A stretch of DNA of 63,827 bases, the filler included, from Kipferlia bialata (Eukaryota): assembly GCA_003568945.1 (NCBI GenBank). It is 4 parts of 4 records of this genome, joined end to end, with 100 filler letters (N's around TTAATTAATTAA, not from the genome) between each part and the next. Parts side by side here need not be neighbours in the genome. Positions count along the whole stretch, not along the records: positions 18,757 to 45,045 come from BDIP01000191.1; 3 more parts are not named here. One strand, given 5' to 3'. The position numbers and the translations under genes are program-made. The notes beneath the pieces were generated by a model. That model ran no database searches and was not told the origin of the DNA. It saw only the letters and a program-made list of their open reading frames with translations. This document shows, one piece after another, positions 27,201-40,700 of this stretch. Position 1 is the first letter of the stretch. Each line of letters begins with the position of its first letter.

Positions 27201-27941
27201 TGAGCGTGATCGTGCCATGGCCATACTCTCTCTCTCTCAATGTATATATACACCACCCCCTTCTCTCAACATACATACTAACCCCCAGCCATGCTTGAGC
27301 GTGACCGTGCCATGGCCATCGAGGCCGAGAGGATGGAGAACGGGGAGGAGGCCGATGAGGCACAGGGGGCAGAGGGAGGAGAGACACCCTCTGTGCTACC
27401 CTCCAGTCCTGCCCCACCCCAGACACCCACTCTATACGAGGAGGCATCAGTGGCAGAGGGGGACTCCACCCTACCCTCAGGTGCTGCCTCACCCATGTTA
27501 CAGAGTGTACTGGGTGAGGGGGTGCAGGGGTGGCTAGGGGGTACCGAGGCAGAGGGTGGTGCCGCTGGGTTCACCCACTATGAGACTGAGTTCAAGGACC
27601 TCCTTCTGTTGGAGGGGGAGGAGGATGGGGGTGTCTCTCTGTATCCTGAGGTGGACCCATCTCTATGGCCTGCTCTGCCTGTCATACATGCTGAGGGAGA
27701 GGGAGAGGGAGATGAAGAGGGTGTGGTCTCTGATGACTCTGCCTCTCTCTCTCTATCTGAGCGCATGGACAGTGTCGAGTCTGCTCTGTCTACCATCAGA
27801 GGACAGCTCTCTGTCACACTCTCCCTCTCTCTCAACCCCTCATATGTCAAGGGGAAGGGGAAGGGGAAGGGAGAGAGGGTGAGACGTCCTGCCAGGGAGA
27901 GGCAGAGAGTGTGGGCGGCACTCACGAGTATGCAGGTCTGA
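18823..27941 (+). CDS. FERM-domain protein (probably MyTH4-FERM), multi-exon, with a coiled-coil and acidic C-terminal tail; 5' end possibly missing
   Basis: Spliced: YIPSYAEVEG (MyTH4-end-like); LRINWLDGQFVTFSIESSMTVGRIIRLACERLDIAEPISDAYGL (F1); LSNLYLHAIENYRLGDVYLSDSSIAMVSALMLQHDLGD and HRLSG..LVHHMASLPGYGVSLF (F2); WVPITCIKGVAAVGDLLILD (F3/PH-like); IAERERAAEEAERAERE coil. The last exon ends at 27941. Confidence 0.8.
20775..21150 (+). repeat. 4 tandem copies of (CT)n + branch point/acceptor + exon start
   Basis: CAG|GTGACTGCCCC(C/T)T(A/G)GCCCAGACCCC(C/T)GCCATGCT with acceptor AGs ending at 20853, 20956, 21041 and 21116. Only the last copy continues as the FERM exon. Confidence 0.9.
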
Positions 27942-28335
27942 AGTAGTGTAAATTGAATTGAAGTTGTTGTATGTTGTATATAGACCGAGGATATGGAGTA
28001 ATGGCGGATTTACCAGTATTATGATAGCCAATACATACTCTCAACGAATCACACAATCATTTATGGGGATGTTGGGAGTCCAGAAACACATAGTAACTGG
28101 GTATATGCAGATGCAATTACACAGAGAGACATCGAGCCACTCTCCCACTCTATCTGACTGGTGGGGCGCACTCTCTCTTCTCCCCACCTCTCTGCCCTAG
28201 AAAATGGCAACCTCAGACTCCCAAAAGGTGTTTCTCTCCGCCTGCTCCCTATATATGCACCCCCGACGTGTTCTGGGGGGGGGGGTATGACATCCATACC
28301 CCAACTTCCGATACATCATGGTGATGCTCCTCCCC

Positions 28336-28581
28336 CTACTTCTTCTGGCCATGACTATGCATCAGACTGCCCATGGTGCCGGTGCCACCTGGGGTCAGGG
28401 CCCATATCAATAACTGTATCTATGTGAGTAGACGAATGAAAGTAATTCCACACATATACTATACCTGGCACACTGGACTGAGACCTAGTGGCGTCACGAT
28501 ATATATAAATAACATATATATATCCTACCTGGCACACTGGACTGGGGCAGGACAACAGTGCAGTGGTTGGACTCAAGAACC
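28336..28581 (-). CDS. Probable last two exons of an unidentified gene truncated at a poly-G/C tract
   Basis: ctcaccccag|GGTTCTTGAG...GTGCCAG|gtag exon with a duplicated donor, then ctgaccccag|GTGGCACC... gives VLESNHCTVVLPQSSVPGGTGTMGSLMHSHGQKK*. Confidence 0.35.
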
Positions 28582-28739
28582 CTGGGGTGAGGGGGGTGGA
28601 GAGGGGGGGGGGGGGGGGGGGGAAAGACAAGGGGGGGGGTTGGTGTCCCCCCCCCCCCCCCCCCCCCACACACATATACATATATATTAATGCATAGAGA
28701 GAGATGGACAGAGAATAGCCCCCCCCCCCTTGACACCAG

Positions 28740-31700
28740 ATATGCAGCCAGACTACCTCCTGAGTGTGAGAAGCCAGCACCCTGTCTCATAGACGTCCCA
28801 GGTACAGTGAGAATCAGACACACTCAATCACGCACCCTCACTGCTCCCACCACTGTCTGTCTCTTATTACTCCCCCCCCCCTTCTCTCTTATCACCAGAC
28901 AAGCTGCGTCGCCCTTTGATGAAACTGGGCCCCATGCCATCCACTCGGGTAAGGGGACATGGAAGAGATTCTGTATGTTGTTATAATACGGAGTCAATAT
29001 GTTGGATCTTGACATAGTATATTCTCTCCCCTGAGGTAACTTATTGATCTATTTACCTGACCCAGGCACTGATCGGGGCCAGACGACTGGATCTGCAGAC
29101 ACCGCACCAGGAGAGAGAGCGGCTAGACAGACTGTGTGATAGGCACAGGCGGCGCCCCCGTCTCAACCGTTCCCATAGCAGTATGGGGGACCTCTCTCCC
29201 TTCCACAAGGCAGCCTCTCTCTTTGCAGACACAGCCAAGGACGCTGCCCCTGCCCCTACCTATGCCTCCTCAGGTACCCAGATGACACCCCTCCCTAGGG
29301 CTAGGTCCCAGTCAGTGCTGGGTAGGGGGGTAGAGGGAGAGGGAGAGGGACGGGGTACATGCCACACCCAGTGCCTCCCTGACCCACTCTCCATCCCTCC
29401 CCACCCTACTGCACTTGATGACCATGACTTGCAAGGTGTATCAGTGGCTGTAGAGGGGGAGGTACTGCAGCAGAGGAGGAAGGGGAGGATGGTGGTCAGG
29501 GCAGTGCGAGGGGAGCAGGGTGTTAGCGTCAGCCATGTTGGGGACCTGCCCCTCTCAGTCACTGCTGCCTCCAGGGAGTGGAAGATCAGGAGTGCATCCA
29601 TCACTAAGGTATGCAGTGTGTGTCATTGATATGTTTGCTCTACTCTGTAGGATATTGAAGGCACATCCCCCCCACCCCCTTTCACCCCAGCGCTGGCCGA
29701 AGCATAGTGTGAAGCCCCAGCAGAGTGCTAAGCCTGTCCTGGCTGAGATATCAGAGGTCGCTGAGGTCAAGCAGGTTCTGCCTACTCTGCCCGAGGCCCC
29801 TGCTGAGAGTGAGATGAAGGGCAGGGTGTTGACTAGGGGCAATACTCCCTCAGGTGTGGCCATATCTGGCAAGGCTCCCCCTCGGTTCCCTCTTGGCCGC
29901 AAGAAGTCAGAGCCTGCAGCATCAGACCCACAGAGGTCTCTCCCTACACGGGTCAACACCCCATCAAGGTATCTCTCGATTCTGTGATGCATAGTATGAT
30001 GGTGTGTGACCAGTACCAGTGGTCTCCTTATTCATTCTGTGTATTGTACTGACCATCAGTGTCTTGAGGCCGTCAACCTCCCCGTCCTCTTCCAAGGGGA
30101 CTATCGGTGGAGCAGATGGTGACAGGGCATATCGTGAGGAGGACGGAGGGGTATTGCTGGGCGAACTGGGATCCTCTGTATCGGAAGAGAAGGGACAGGA
30201 CGACTCTGAGAATGGAGACGAGAGCGATTCTGAGACACCCTCCGTCTCCCTTCCCTCTACAGTCACAGCCCCCCCTGGCCCTCATGAGGAGGACACCACG
30301 GCACCAATCCACCCCGCCCTCTCTGATGAGCACATGCCTCTGCATGAGGATGGTGCCGGTGATGGCTCTCCTGTGGTAGATGTGACCTCCCTTGCCATCA
30401 AGAGCATAGGACTAGGCCTCTCCTTTATCCACAGGCTGAGGAGGAAGAGTATGGGTCAGTTGGGGAGACTGTCTCTCTCGACTGCAGTGGGTCTTAACCG
30501 TGTGCCTTCCAGCCTTGACGAGGCCGTTAGTGGAAGTGTACATGACTCTCCCTTGTTCACACCACAAATAGGGTCAGTGGTGCCCAAGGTGCGAGAGATG
30601 CCGTCTAAGCTGAGTGTGATGAGTCTGGGGCCAGAACACTGGGTAGGCGGGATACTGCCCATCGGCATGCAGGTCCAGGGGTATGCAAGGTGAGTGCAAG
30701 TAGAGTAATAATATGATACAGTGCACCTGATACACCCACATAATAGTTTACCTTCCTTATCTCCCAGGCTCCCGGAGTTCACAGACCTCAGAGAGTGGGT
30801 GGAGGTGACGGTGGTCAAGATCGACAGAGAGACAGGTATCATACTATATATCCATATCCATAGTGTATACATGGCTCTTGCTTACCCTAGGGAGACTGGA
30901 GGTCAGGCTGGTGGATCCAGTCACTAGAGTGTCAACGGCTCATCGCCTTGGCTCTGCCAAGCTGAGAGTCCCCTGTGGTGCTCAGGTGGAGTCTGACTCC
31001 GTTGACAGCTACAGGAGTATCCACGTGTCCCAGTTCCTGACCAAGGGCTCTCTGTCTATTCAGCATAGGGTCTCCAGAGAGGGTCATATCTCCAATATCA
31101 ACACTGTCAGCCTGGATCAGGTGGGTGCTTTTGAGTCATCCTAGATAGATCCACTGACTTGCTTACTCCAGCTGCCGTCACTGGATGCTGTGCCTTGTGT
31201 GGACAGGTGCCAAGAGGAGGCTGGAGGGACTTGTCCCATAGGTATGTCCACAGTGTGTTATGTGACCGGAGATACTCTTTGGTGGCAGACGCCATTATCA
31301 TACTTTAGATCTCACTGGCAGGTTTGCAGCATACCATCCATGCCCTTCACGGAGGCGATCTGTTTGAGACCGAGAGGGTGGGAGACAACTCGGGGTCACC
31401 TCCTCTGTCAAGGAGCCTCATGGGTGACCACTTCCCACAGTCTCATGGGAGACCATCCCTAGTGCAGCAGGCCAAGGACGCTGCAGAAACAGCCTGGCGC
31501 CATGCAAGGCAGGCAGGAATAGCAAGGTAAGAATGGTGTGGATATCATATTCTTAGAGCTAGGGCGTTAGTGTCTTATCCCAGGCTCAGCAACATATCTA
31601 CCAGTTCCCTTCCAGCAGACACTGAGACCCTCACCGATATCATGTTCGAGAGTGTCGGGACCTCCAAGCTGCAGCGCTCCTTCCCGCTGTCCAAGTCTGT

Positions 31701-34700
31701 CTGGCACACTGGGGATGCCTGCAAGTACAGGATAGGACGGGAGGCCTTTCAGCAGAGGGCTGCCTTCCTCGAAGACAACCTGATGTATCTGGACCCCGCA
31801 TCTTGGGGCCACATGTACAGATTCAAGGTAAATATATATGGTGACGTGTGTACGTTGAACAGGCCTTTCTCTGTCCCACTGAATAGTGATTTCTAACTCA
31901 CCAGGCCTTTCTCGAGCAAGTCCGCTCTCTCATCCTGCTGATCACTCCGACATCAACTTTCATGAACCCGGCTGCTCTTGTAGGTGACATACCAGTCTCT
32001 CTCTCTATATAACTATTGTGTCTATTTTACTCACAAATGTATGTTCAGTACCACTTACACCAGAGGCCATTACCAACACCCGCATCCACTACCTGGGTGT
32101 GGACGGTGATGAAGGCGACTATGATGGTATCCCAGACACCATCCTGTCAGACAGGTGGGGTTCATCGTCAGTCGAGTGACTCTCACATATGTATACTAAC
32201 AACTCAACATGATATTTAATGCTGACTAGCAGAGAGCACTGCACTTTCCAGGAGTATGCAGAGCACAACAAGCAAATCGCCGAGGCCCTCCGAGCCCTGT
32301 TGGACGATGCTGTGAGGTAGCACTTCCACTCTCTCATATTCCTGTCCCAGCCTAACTCAGGAACCACATCCACAGGATCACTGGTGATGCCTCCTGGGCA
32401 GACCTTGACAGTACGCTGGAGACAGAGATTGCTCAGTTCAAGAAGAGCCAGCTTCACTCTATTCTGAAGGGAGCTAGGAGACCAGCTGGCACTGTGCTAA
32501 CTATAGAGGTATGTCAATACTCTCTTGTTGTCGTCACATAGTGTCTTACCCTCAGGTTGACGTGGAGTGCATCAGAAACAAGGCCTTCAACTGCATGAAG
32601 GAAAGGCGGGAAAGGCTGATACAGCTGTTGGACTTCATGGTGCTCTCAATGTTGCACTCAGCGAGTGAAGGTGTGTCTCTCTCCTAACGTTTGGCCATTA
32701 GGGTATCTTATTGACCTCCAGACTTTGCCCTCTCCTGGCTGGATGGCCATGCCTCCCTAGAGTCCCAGTATCTAACCAAGCCTATCTGGAGGGCAGGACT
32801 GAAGCACAACCTCATGGACGTCACTCAGCCCTGTGGCCACTGGGAGCCGCGGCAGCCACGTGAACTACTCTTCTGGCCTCACCTACCTGGGTCCAGTCTT
32901 GTCCAGGCATCAAGAGGGGCGGTGATTCGTCTGCCTCTTGAGGTGCGAGATTGTAGACAACACTTTCAGGTTAGCCGACAACACTAACTCAGGTTGTTCC
33001 AGACGAGTGTGCTGCTGGATATACAGCGAAGAAGACCCCTTGCTTTCTAGATGCCGACTCCAGGTTCGACGGCTCCTTGCTGTGTCTCTTGTACTGTCTG
33101 ATATATTGTCCCTGAACGCTCCTCTCTGTGTCTTCTTACCCCCAGTCACTTCTCAATGTATGTGGAGATCCTCTCCACTTGGGAGCGGACACGGAGTGTG
33201 ACGTCGTTCACCCCCCCTACGGTCCCTTATCTATCCAACGGCATATCCTTGGCAGGTACATTGATACATTTGTCCCATGCTCAGTATGAGTCATATGCGT
33301 CTACTATATCATCGGTATCACTTCAGATGTCGTGGACCCAATGAAGTTCAAGATGAGTCAGGCGCAGTCTCTGGGGCACCAGATGGGTGTATTCATGTGA
33401 GTGTCCTTCACTGCTTACATTATACTTCATTTGCTTGGAAATGTACATTCTCACTCCCAGTGGTGTGTCAAGAAGGTTTGCCCAGAGGCTCATATTGGGT
33501 GACGAGAAACTCAAGGCTCTCACTGGTTATTCTACCTTTGACGCCATGATTGAGGGTATATCTCCTGCGAGTGTCGGGTCCGACGAGGTGTTCATGCCCC
33601 CAATGGGGTTGGGGTCTCTTGGAATTACTCCCGTCGACACCTCACTTGAGGGTAGCCAAGTGTCTGCCGACTCTCTGACGCCAGAGGAAGCGGACCCAAG
33701 GCTTGCCCTCTCTCCTCTGAACACAGCTCTTATTGAAGGGGAATGGGCCGTAGTAGGTGAGTGATTAGTAGTAGATCGACAGTCCCCACTCTTCAGTTAT
33801 GGACCCTCTTCTGGTGTGATCCCTGTCTTCGCATCATATTCATAGTCTCATACCCAGCCGAATACACTGAATTTGTGGCCAAGATTCCTCCCAGAGCATT
33901 CTACCTCAACGCCGTCTCACATGCTGATGCCGTGCTGGTGGTACTGAAGGTACTTGTTGCTTATACTACTTATGTGATCGGTCACACGAATAGTACTACT
34001 CTCCCTTCACTCTATGACTGTGACGATATCATAATAGAATAGTAGTACTCTCCGGCAATCTGATCCCAGGAGTATCTTGAGGGGTCTCGGGTATCTCTTC
34101 GAGAGAGGCATTCCAAGATACTGATGTAAGTGATAGTGAATATGTCATTTCTTGTACACCTCTAAGTTCTCTCGGTATGTCTATTGTAACATCAGAACTG
34201 CTATCCAAGCCACCCTCCACTGCATCAGAGAGGTCTGGAAGGAGTCCCGGAGAGGTGGGTGTTACATACCTCGTGTATTCTGCCTTCTATATCATGTATG
34301 TCTTACTCGATAGCTGTTGTGCTCCCTGAGGACTATGATCGTATGGTGGATCTGCTCCAAAAGGTGAATGGGGCAGCTGCCAGGTGAGATGACCCAGGCT
34401 GCGAATCATATATCACGTTGTCTTCACCTGCCGTTTCCTTCCTCACACAGATGGGTCGCTGCTAGTGTAGCACTCAACACCTTTGCCGACGCAATGCTCA
34501 CACATGGTACATTCATACCATTAGAGTGTCACATCGCAATGATTAGGTATGATAACCGTGGTTGGAACATACATACCTGATACATCACAGTGTCTGACTC
34601 CAGGATCAAGAGGTTCTCCATGGCCATACCAATGTTGGTAAGAGCCACAACTGCAACGAACAAGAAGTACGGGTGTATGTTACCTACTGAATGTGTTTCT

Positions 34701-37700
34701 ACTCGAAGTCCACATACACACAAGAGTTCTGATGACTCCATGACTGCTGTGTTCACATTAATAGCATATACCGGCTAACTCAGGAACAATGCCTCGCAGC
34801 TGAGGCAGTTGACGACTCTAGCTCATTGGCAGAATGACATATCTCAGACAGTGAGCGACACATGCAAGAGCCTATTGGGTCTCTCTACTAGCACTCAGGT
34901 AATTATGTTTGTGTTTGTAGTGTCAAGGGATTCTGAGTGTCCTATGGTTTCTCATACTAGGCTCAGCTAGCAGATCCCGATTACTCAGATTCCTTCTCCT
35001 TCCTGTCAGTCCCCTTTGTGTTCCCACCGACCCGTATGCTACACGATATGGTGATGGGATTCGAGCCATACTTCTCCCGACCACTGGCTGAGTCCCGTAC
35101 AGACTTTGCAAAGACCCTGGCTTCCGATACACAGGAAGTGTGGGCTGAGACTGAGGTTAACGAGTTCCTAGCAGCATCCGGACTCATTATTGCATTTGCC
35201 AGGTGGGTAAATGTTCTGCTGCTGTCTATCAGCTGTCAATATTTTGTTGAAATGAGTTGTATTCTCAACTCATAAATATCTTATCTCAGCATTACTGGGT
35301 TCCCTGCTCTCCCAGACCTGGATCAGTACCCAAGTGTCACAGAGATTAGACGCAGGGTGACAGTTGATGGGGAAGAGGCCAAGGTAAGTCTAGTGTTGAA
35401 TTTATATCTGCTGTTCCCGTATCTCATTTACAGGTACCTATAGAGCTGTACCAGAGACCAGCAGAGCGTGGTGAGATAGATCTGGAACGGGTGCTTCAGG
35501 AGACAATCCAGCTGATTGAGCGCGGCAGAGCAGGTAACCGGATGACCAGATATCTACATCTTGGATATATCTCACTGCTAGGTATACGGCAGATCAAGCT
35601 ATGGGCTGATCTCTCCCAGGTTCAAGGCATTGTCCTCAGTCCTAGCATGCAGAGTCTTGACGGAGATGTGTTCCTACTGCACAAGTATGTGAAGTATATT
35701 ATTCCATTTCTGGAGGTGTCCTGTGAAATTTAGTATTCCATTACTGCAAGTGTCCTCTGACATATTATACTTCATTGTGTGCTCGTCTTACACCCAGTTG
35801 CATGGGTCTGATCAGACGTGCACGGAGTGGAGAAGAGATGCTGCAGTCAAGCCCTGTTGATGAACTCGACATTGAGAGCATCAATGACTTGATGCAGGAC
35901 ATTGAGCGATGCCTCCAGTTCATGCGTATATCATTTGATAACAAGGTTTGTAAATGGCGTATTCAACAACGTGACTTTGTCAAACCTTTCTAACATCAAG
36001 GCAGGTGTGCACAACATGACCTTTGCAACTGAGCTAGAGGCTGTGAGGGATAGGATGCAGCCTGGGGTGGAGCTGATGCGGCTGGTGACCGTGCCCTCCC
36101 TCATGCACAGACACCTCGACATCCTCGAGTCCTCATCCTCCCTACCGGTGCTGCAGATGGCTAGGTAGGAGAAACGGTCATCCTCTTCTACTATAGACAT
36201 CTAACGCTAGCATCTCCATCCATGACCTGATTGATCGAGGAGCCCTAGACAAGCTAGAGGAGATTCAGGCAATTGTCCAACTGGCCGAAGACGAGGCTCG
36301 TGTTGAGAGGAACCTTGATATGATATCCAAGGTGTGTGAATGTGTTGCACAATACGGTTGCTGCTACCACATTTCTGATTCTCACTATCAGGTCATGGAG
36401 TCCTGGAAGGCGACCGTTGACACCTCACCTGGTATCAATGGGGGATTCAGCTTACCACCCCACTTCGAGACCAGCATCAGATCCATGGCCCTGTATGTTC
36501 AGAGGTAAGACTCCAGTGTTTGAAGCAATTCTCACCATCCGTGTGGCCTCACCCTCTAGGGATGTCGCCTCCAAGTACTGCACTCCCATCACCCAGCGGG
36601 CTAGACAGCTCGAGGCTAACATACTGTGGGTGAAACTGAACGGGTCCCTCTTGATGTACACACAGGTACATCTCCGTGCTTCAGCGTATATATCCACTTC
36701 TGGAGTGTGGTAGTAGTCAGTATACCTTACCACAGGACTACTTGCTAATGGCTGATAAGCTTATGTCTCGGAACAAGGATTTTGCCCAGAAGTACAACCA
36801 TGTCTGTCACAAGTGGTGGCAGTTCAGGAGGAGTGTGGATAGAGTGGCCAGGACGAGATTGCTTTCAGTGCTCCTGGATACAAGTGAGTGACCATCGCCT
36901 CCTTATTCATATGTACTCATCTGACTCTAGGTTTAGGAGACCTACTGTCCTCTATGCTGTCAGGACTAGTTCCATTCGTGAAGACCCTGCAGCAGAAGAC
37001 AATGTGCTGGATCCTCCACACATCAAACCACATGGTACGGCCAGTATTGCAGTCTAATGTAGTGTATATTCCTTACACAGGCTCCCACTGTCCCAGCTAT
37101 CAGCAACGGTATCCTGAAGCACATCCACTGCATGCCCAACATGCTTGGGTATGCTATGCACCCCACTGTGTTGCCCATATGTCACCCAATCGTCAAGGTA
37201 CTGAGTCCAGTGCCAAGTGTAGAGTAGTGTATATATATTCTCTGTCTCTGATACATAGGCCACGAGTCTTCCAGGGGAGATGATTGTTCTGGGACCCCAC
37301 ATGCTCTTTGGAATCGACTCATTCCTGGTCAGGCCTGTGACTGGCTCTAAGTCCCAACATCTGGCCTCAGACAAGGATGGTGCCAGGGAGGCTGATACTG
37401 AGGATGGCGATGCGCTAAGAAGTGTCTCTGCACAGTCCAGTAGGAGACCACCCCTCCCTCCCTCAGGACCAATGGACCCTACCAAGGCAGATGCCCCAGA
37501 TGAGGATCAGCAGTGGGAGGTGACCGCTGTGGTGTCCGGAGTGTTGTACGGTGGGCCTGTCAAGGAGCGTACTGAGATTCTGAGACTCACAACACCTGTA
37601 TCAATGCCCCAGATGGTTGGTGCGTTCCCACACCACTTGAGAGAGCCTATTGAGGCAGCCGTGTTGAGAGATATGCGGATTGGGTTGAAGTTACTGGACA

Positions 37701-40700
37701 ACCGTGATATGGCGGCATTTGGGCAGCTGTGCTATCAGGTGAGTCCTCTGTGATACAACATTCATTTTCTCCCTCACTGTTAGGTCCGATACATGGCTGT
37801 GAACTACTGGGTACATATGAGGCTGAGAGAGGGCATCATGAGTCACGACGCCATCTTGGGACTGTCTGCTGCGGTACTGGATCTGAAAGAGTTGGCTGGG
37901 CTCCTAGTTGCAGGAAACCCAGACGCTGAGGGTCTCGCAAATGTCCACCTACAGACTCTAGTCCTGAAGTGGATAGATGAGGCTGTGCCCCAGACCCAGG
38001 ACACAGTCACGTCCAACATCAACCTGCCAGTGCTCTCTGCTCCCTGTATCACAAGGTGAGAATGGTCCAATGTGTTTCGACATGAATACTATTACTCACC
38101 TTCAGGCATCAGTTTGCTGCTGAGGGTCAGTTCACCGTGTCTGCGTCTGGTGTAGAGCTCAAGCACCACTCACTAGACTGGCTCGGTGGGCCTACTGCCT
38201 ATGAGATACCAGAGCCAGGGAGTGATGTGGGACCAACCTGCTCCTTCAGTCTCAAGACTGTAGTCACTCTCCTGGCTAGGGGTGTCACATGTGCGCTCTG
38301 TACAAATCGGACTGAGAGCGTTCACACCGTCATAGGTCCATTGACAGAGATTGGAAGGTTAGACGTGTTGTTGATTGTATGACTATCTCATCCTGCTCCC
38401 CCATTGACATCCAGGCTGACAGGTCAAACTGTCAAGATCCTAGCTGCAACATCATACCCCACCCCTAGCGGGCTGGCACATCAGGTATCATGTCTGTCTC
38501 GACAGTTGAGGTTGACAGTTCAACGAACGTGTTCAGTCTTTACCACAGGTTGGCAACTTACTGTTGGACGGCTTCCTTGTTGTGCTGACAGGGCTTGAGA
38601 GTTCAACTCCTGAATTCAAGAGTATTGTACACTCTCTGGCAACTTCACTTTACAACGGTGGCGAGTTTGCATACACTTCTCCATCCAACATCCATGGAGT
38701 GATACCGCCATACCTCAGCTGTCCCAACTGTCACTTTGGCTGTACTCGAAACCCACTCGGTACGTGCAACACTTACTTTCAACCGAATAACTCCTCTAGC
38801 TTCTCTCACCCAGGATCTAACCAGCAACATCCTGATGAGCATACGTTGGGAAGCCTGGTGCTGCACCTTGCAGTGCTGAACCCAGGGGCCTTCAGGATGG
38901 ACTCATCACAGTTTCCGGGCGACCCTATTCGCTATACAGACGCTCGACCACCATCCAAGGCAAGACAATGACTGTTCACTGGGTCTAGTCACTGTTACTG
39001 ATACCCAAGCACTAGTCTTTCTCTACGACCCCCTCACCCTAGAAGATGAAGTACCACCCGTCCTCTGCCACTCGACCATGTCTGGCACTCATTACGATGC
39101 TTAGGAGACAGGGGTAAGAGCATTCACAAGTCAGGTAGAAGACACAATTGTGCTCGCTGACCTAACTCTAGTATTCAGATCCTCCCTGGAGACTTGGAGG
39201 TCGCATTGCGTCTGGGGTCTCACGATGACACACATGCATCAGCCGTTTACAAGTATCTGTCCGTCCAGACAGAGACAAACCAGGTGCAAGATGATAATGT
39301 GGCCTATGTTTCTTTCAGGAGAGCACTAACATCAGCTGGATGGTCTTCGGTCTATTGTTCACAGTGCCTTTGGGATCGATACTATGCCAGCTGTGGAGTG
39401 GGGTCCCCCAGAGGAGTGTCTGACAGGAGAGGTAGGGAGAGTGTTAATTGCTGTATCCTTGGCGCTGTAGGTCTCATCTCCAGGGTGTGTATGCAGCAGA
39501 GTGGCTGGTCGGAATGGGAGAGAAACACAAGACCCTCGCAGTTCAGACAAGGTGTGACATGCATGTAGTCTCTGTGTTGTCTCTAATTACTCACTCAGGC
39601 ACCCACTATCCCTCGTGCACTCTCTCAGGGACACGGTGTCGTCTACTGGAGGCGAAGTGATATACCTGTCACACCCTGTGTTGCTGGGGAGAGAACAGGT
39701 GTGTTGTGTACATAATACATCTATATATGGTGAAGTACAATAATTGACAAGCCAGGGGAAACTCGGAGTGGGTGTTCCAGAGACCGCAGCCTACTTAGAA
39801 ATGATGAAGACACAGGGTGGCGAGGCTGGAGTGTCACCATCATCTACAGATACAGACCCAGACTCAGAGGAGCTATCTGAGACGGAGACAGATGTTGATG
39901 GATTTGGTCCGTCTAGGTTAGTGTTTCAGTCTGTGTCAATAGGATACGTTGATTCCTATGTGCATTCAGTAGTCGTAGTATTAGAGAATGACCCCAGGCT
40001 AGCAGCAGAACCAGCACAGGATGCATCAGTGATCTATCTGGTTGTCAACATGACATTTGACCCAGAGGGTGCGACAGTAGGAGTACTTGATACTCTTAGT
40101 AACGCTTCTTTACCTCAGGAAAGGAGACTGGGACCAAGGCCCTGCAGCAATCACTCACAGCTACCAGATCCATGTGCGACAGTCGTCGTGTCGTGGTCAT
40201 CTACCTTGGGGCACAACGCATGCAGCACAATGCCCTGTTTGGCCCCACCCTCCACTTCAGAGAGTCCATGATAAGACAGAGCCACTGGGTGTGTTCCATC
40301 TTGATATTGCAACTATTTCTACTTCCATATATCCCTCACTCCAGTACCGCAAGGCCATAGAGCAACTGACTGGAATTGTCCCATCCACTACAGGTGAATA
40401 TGTGACCCTTGTTGGAGTTACGCTGATACTCTCTTGACCCACCCCAGCGTCTGACCCTTCTCAGTTCTTCCTCGGTACCATAGCGAAGTTCTGTGAGGTT
40501 GGTGTCTTCCTACTCAATTATGAGAAAACAGGTGTCCTAATGACCTCCTATTTATCCTCCAGATGTTCCACTACCTGGGTGACCGTACAGTGCTAGAGAG
40601 CGAGGGGTCTATGATCCTAGCCCTCGTCATTTGGCTCATGAGTGAGCGTGGATATGCAGAGATACTACCTATCGAGGGAGAGGTGGACAGTTCTCCTGAC

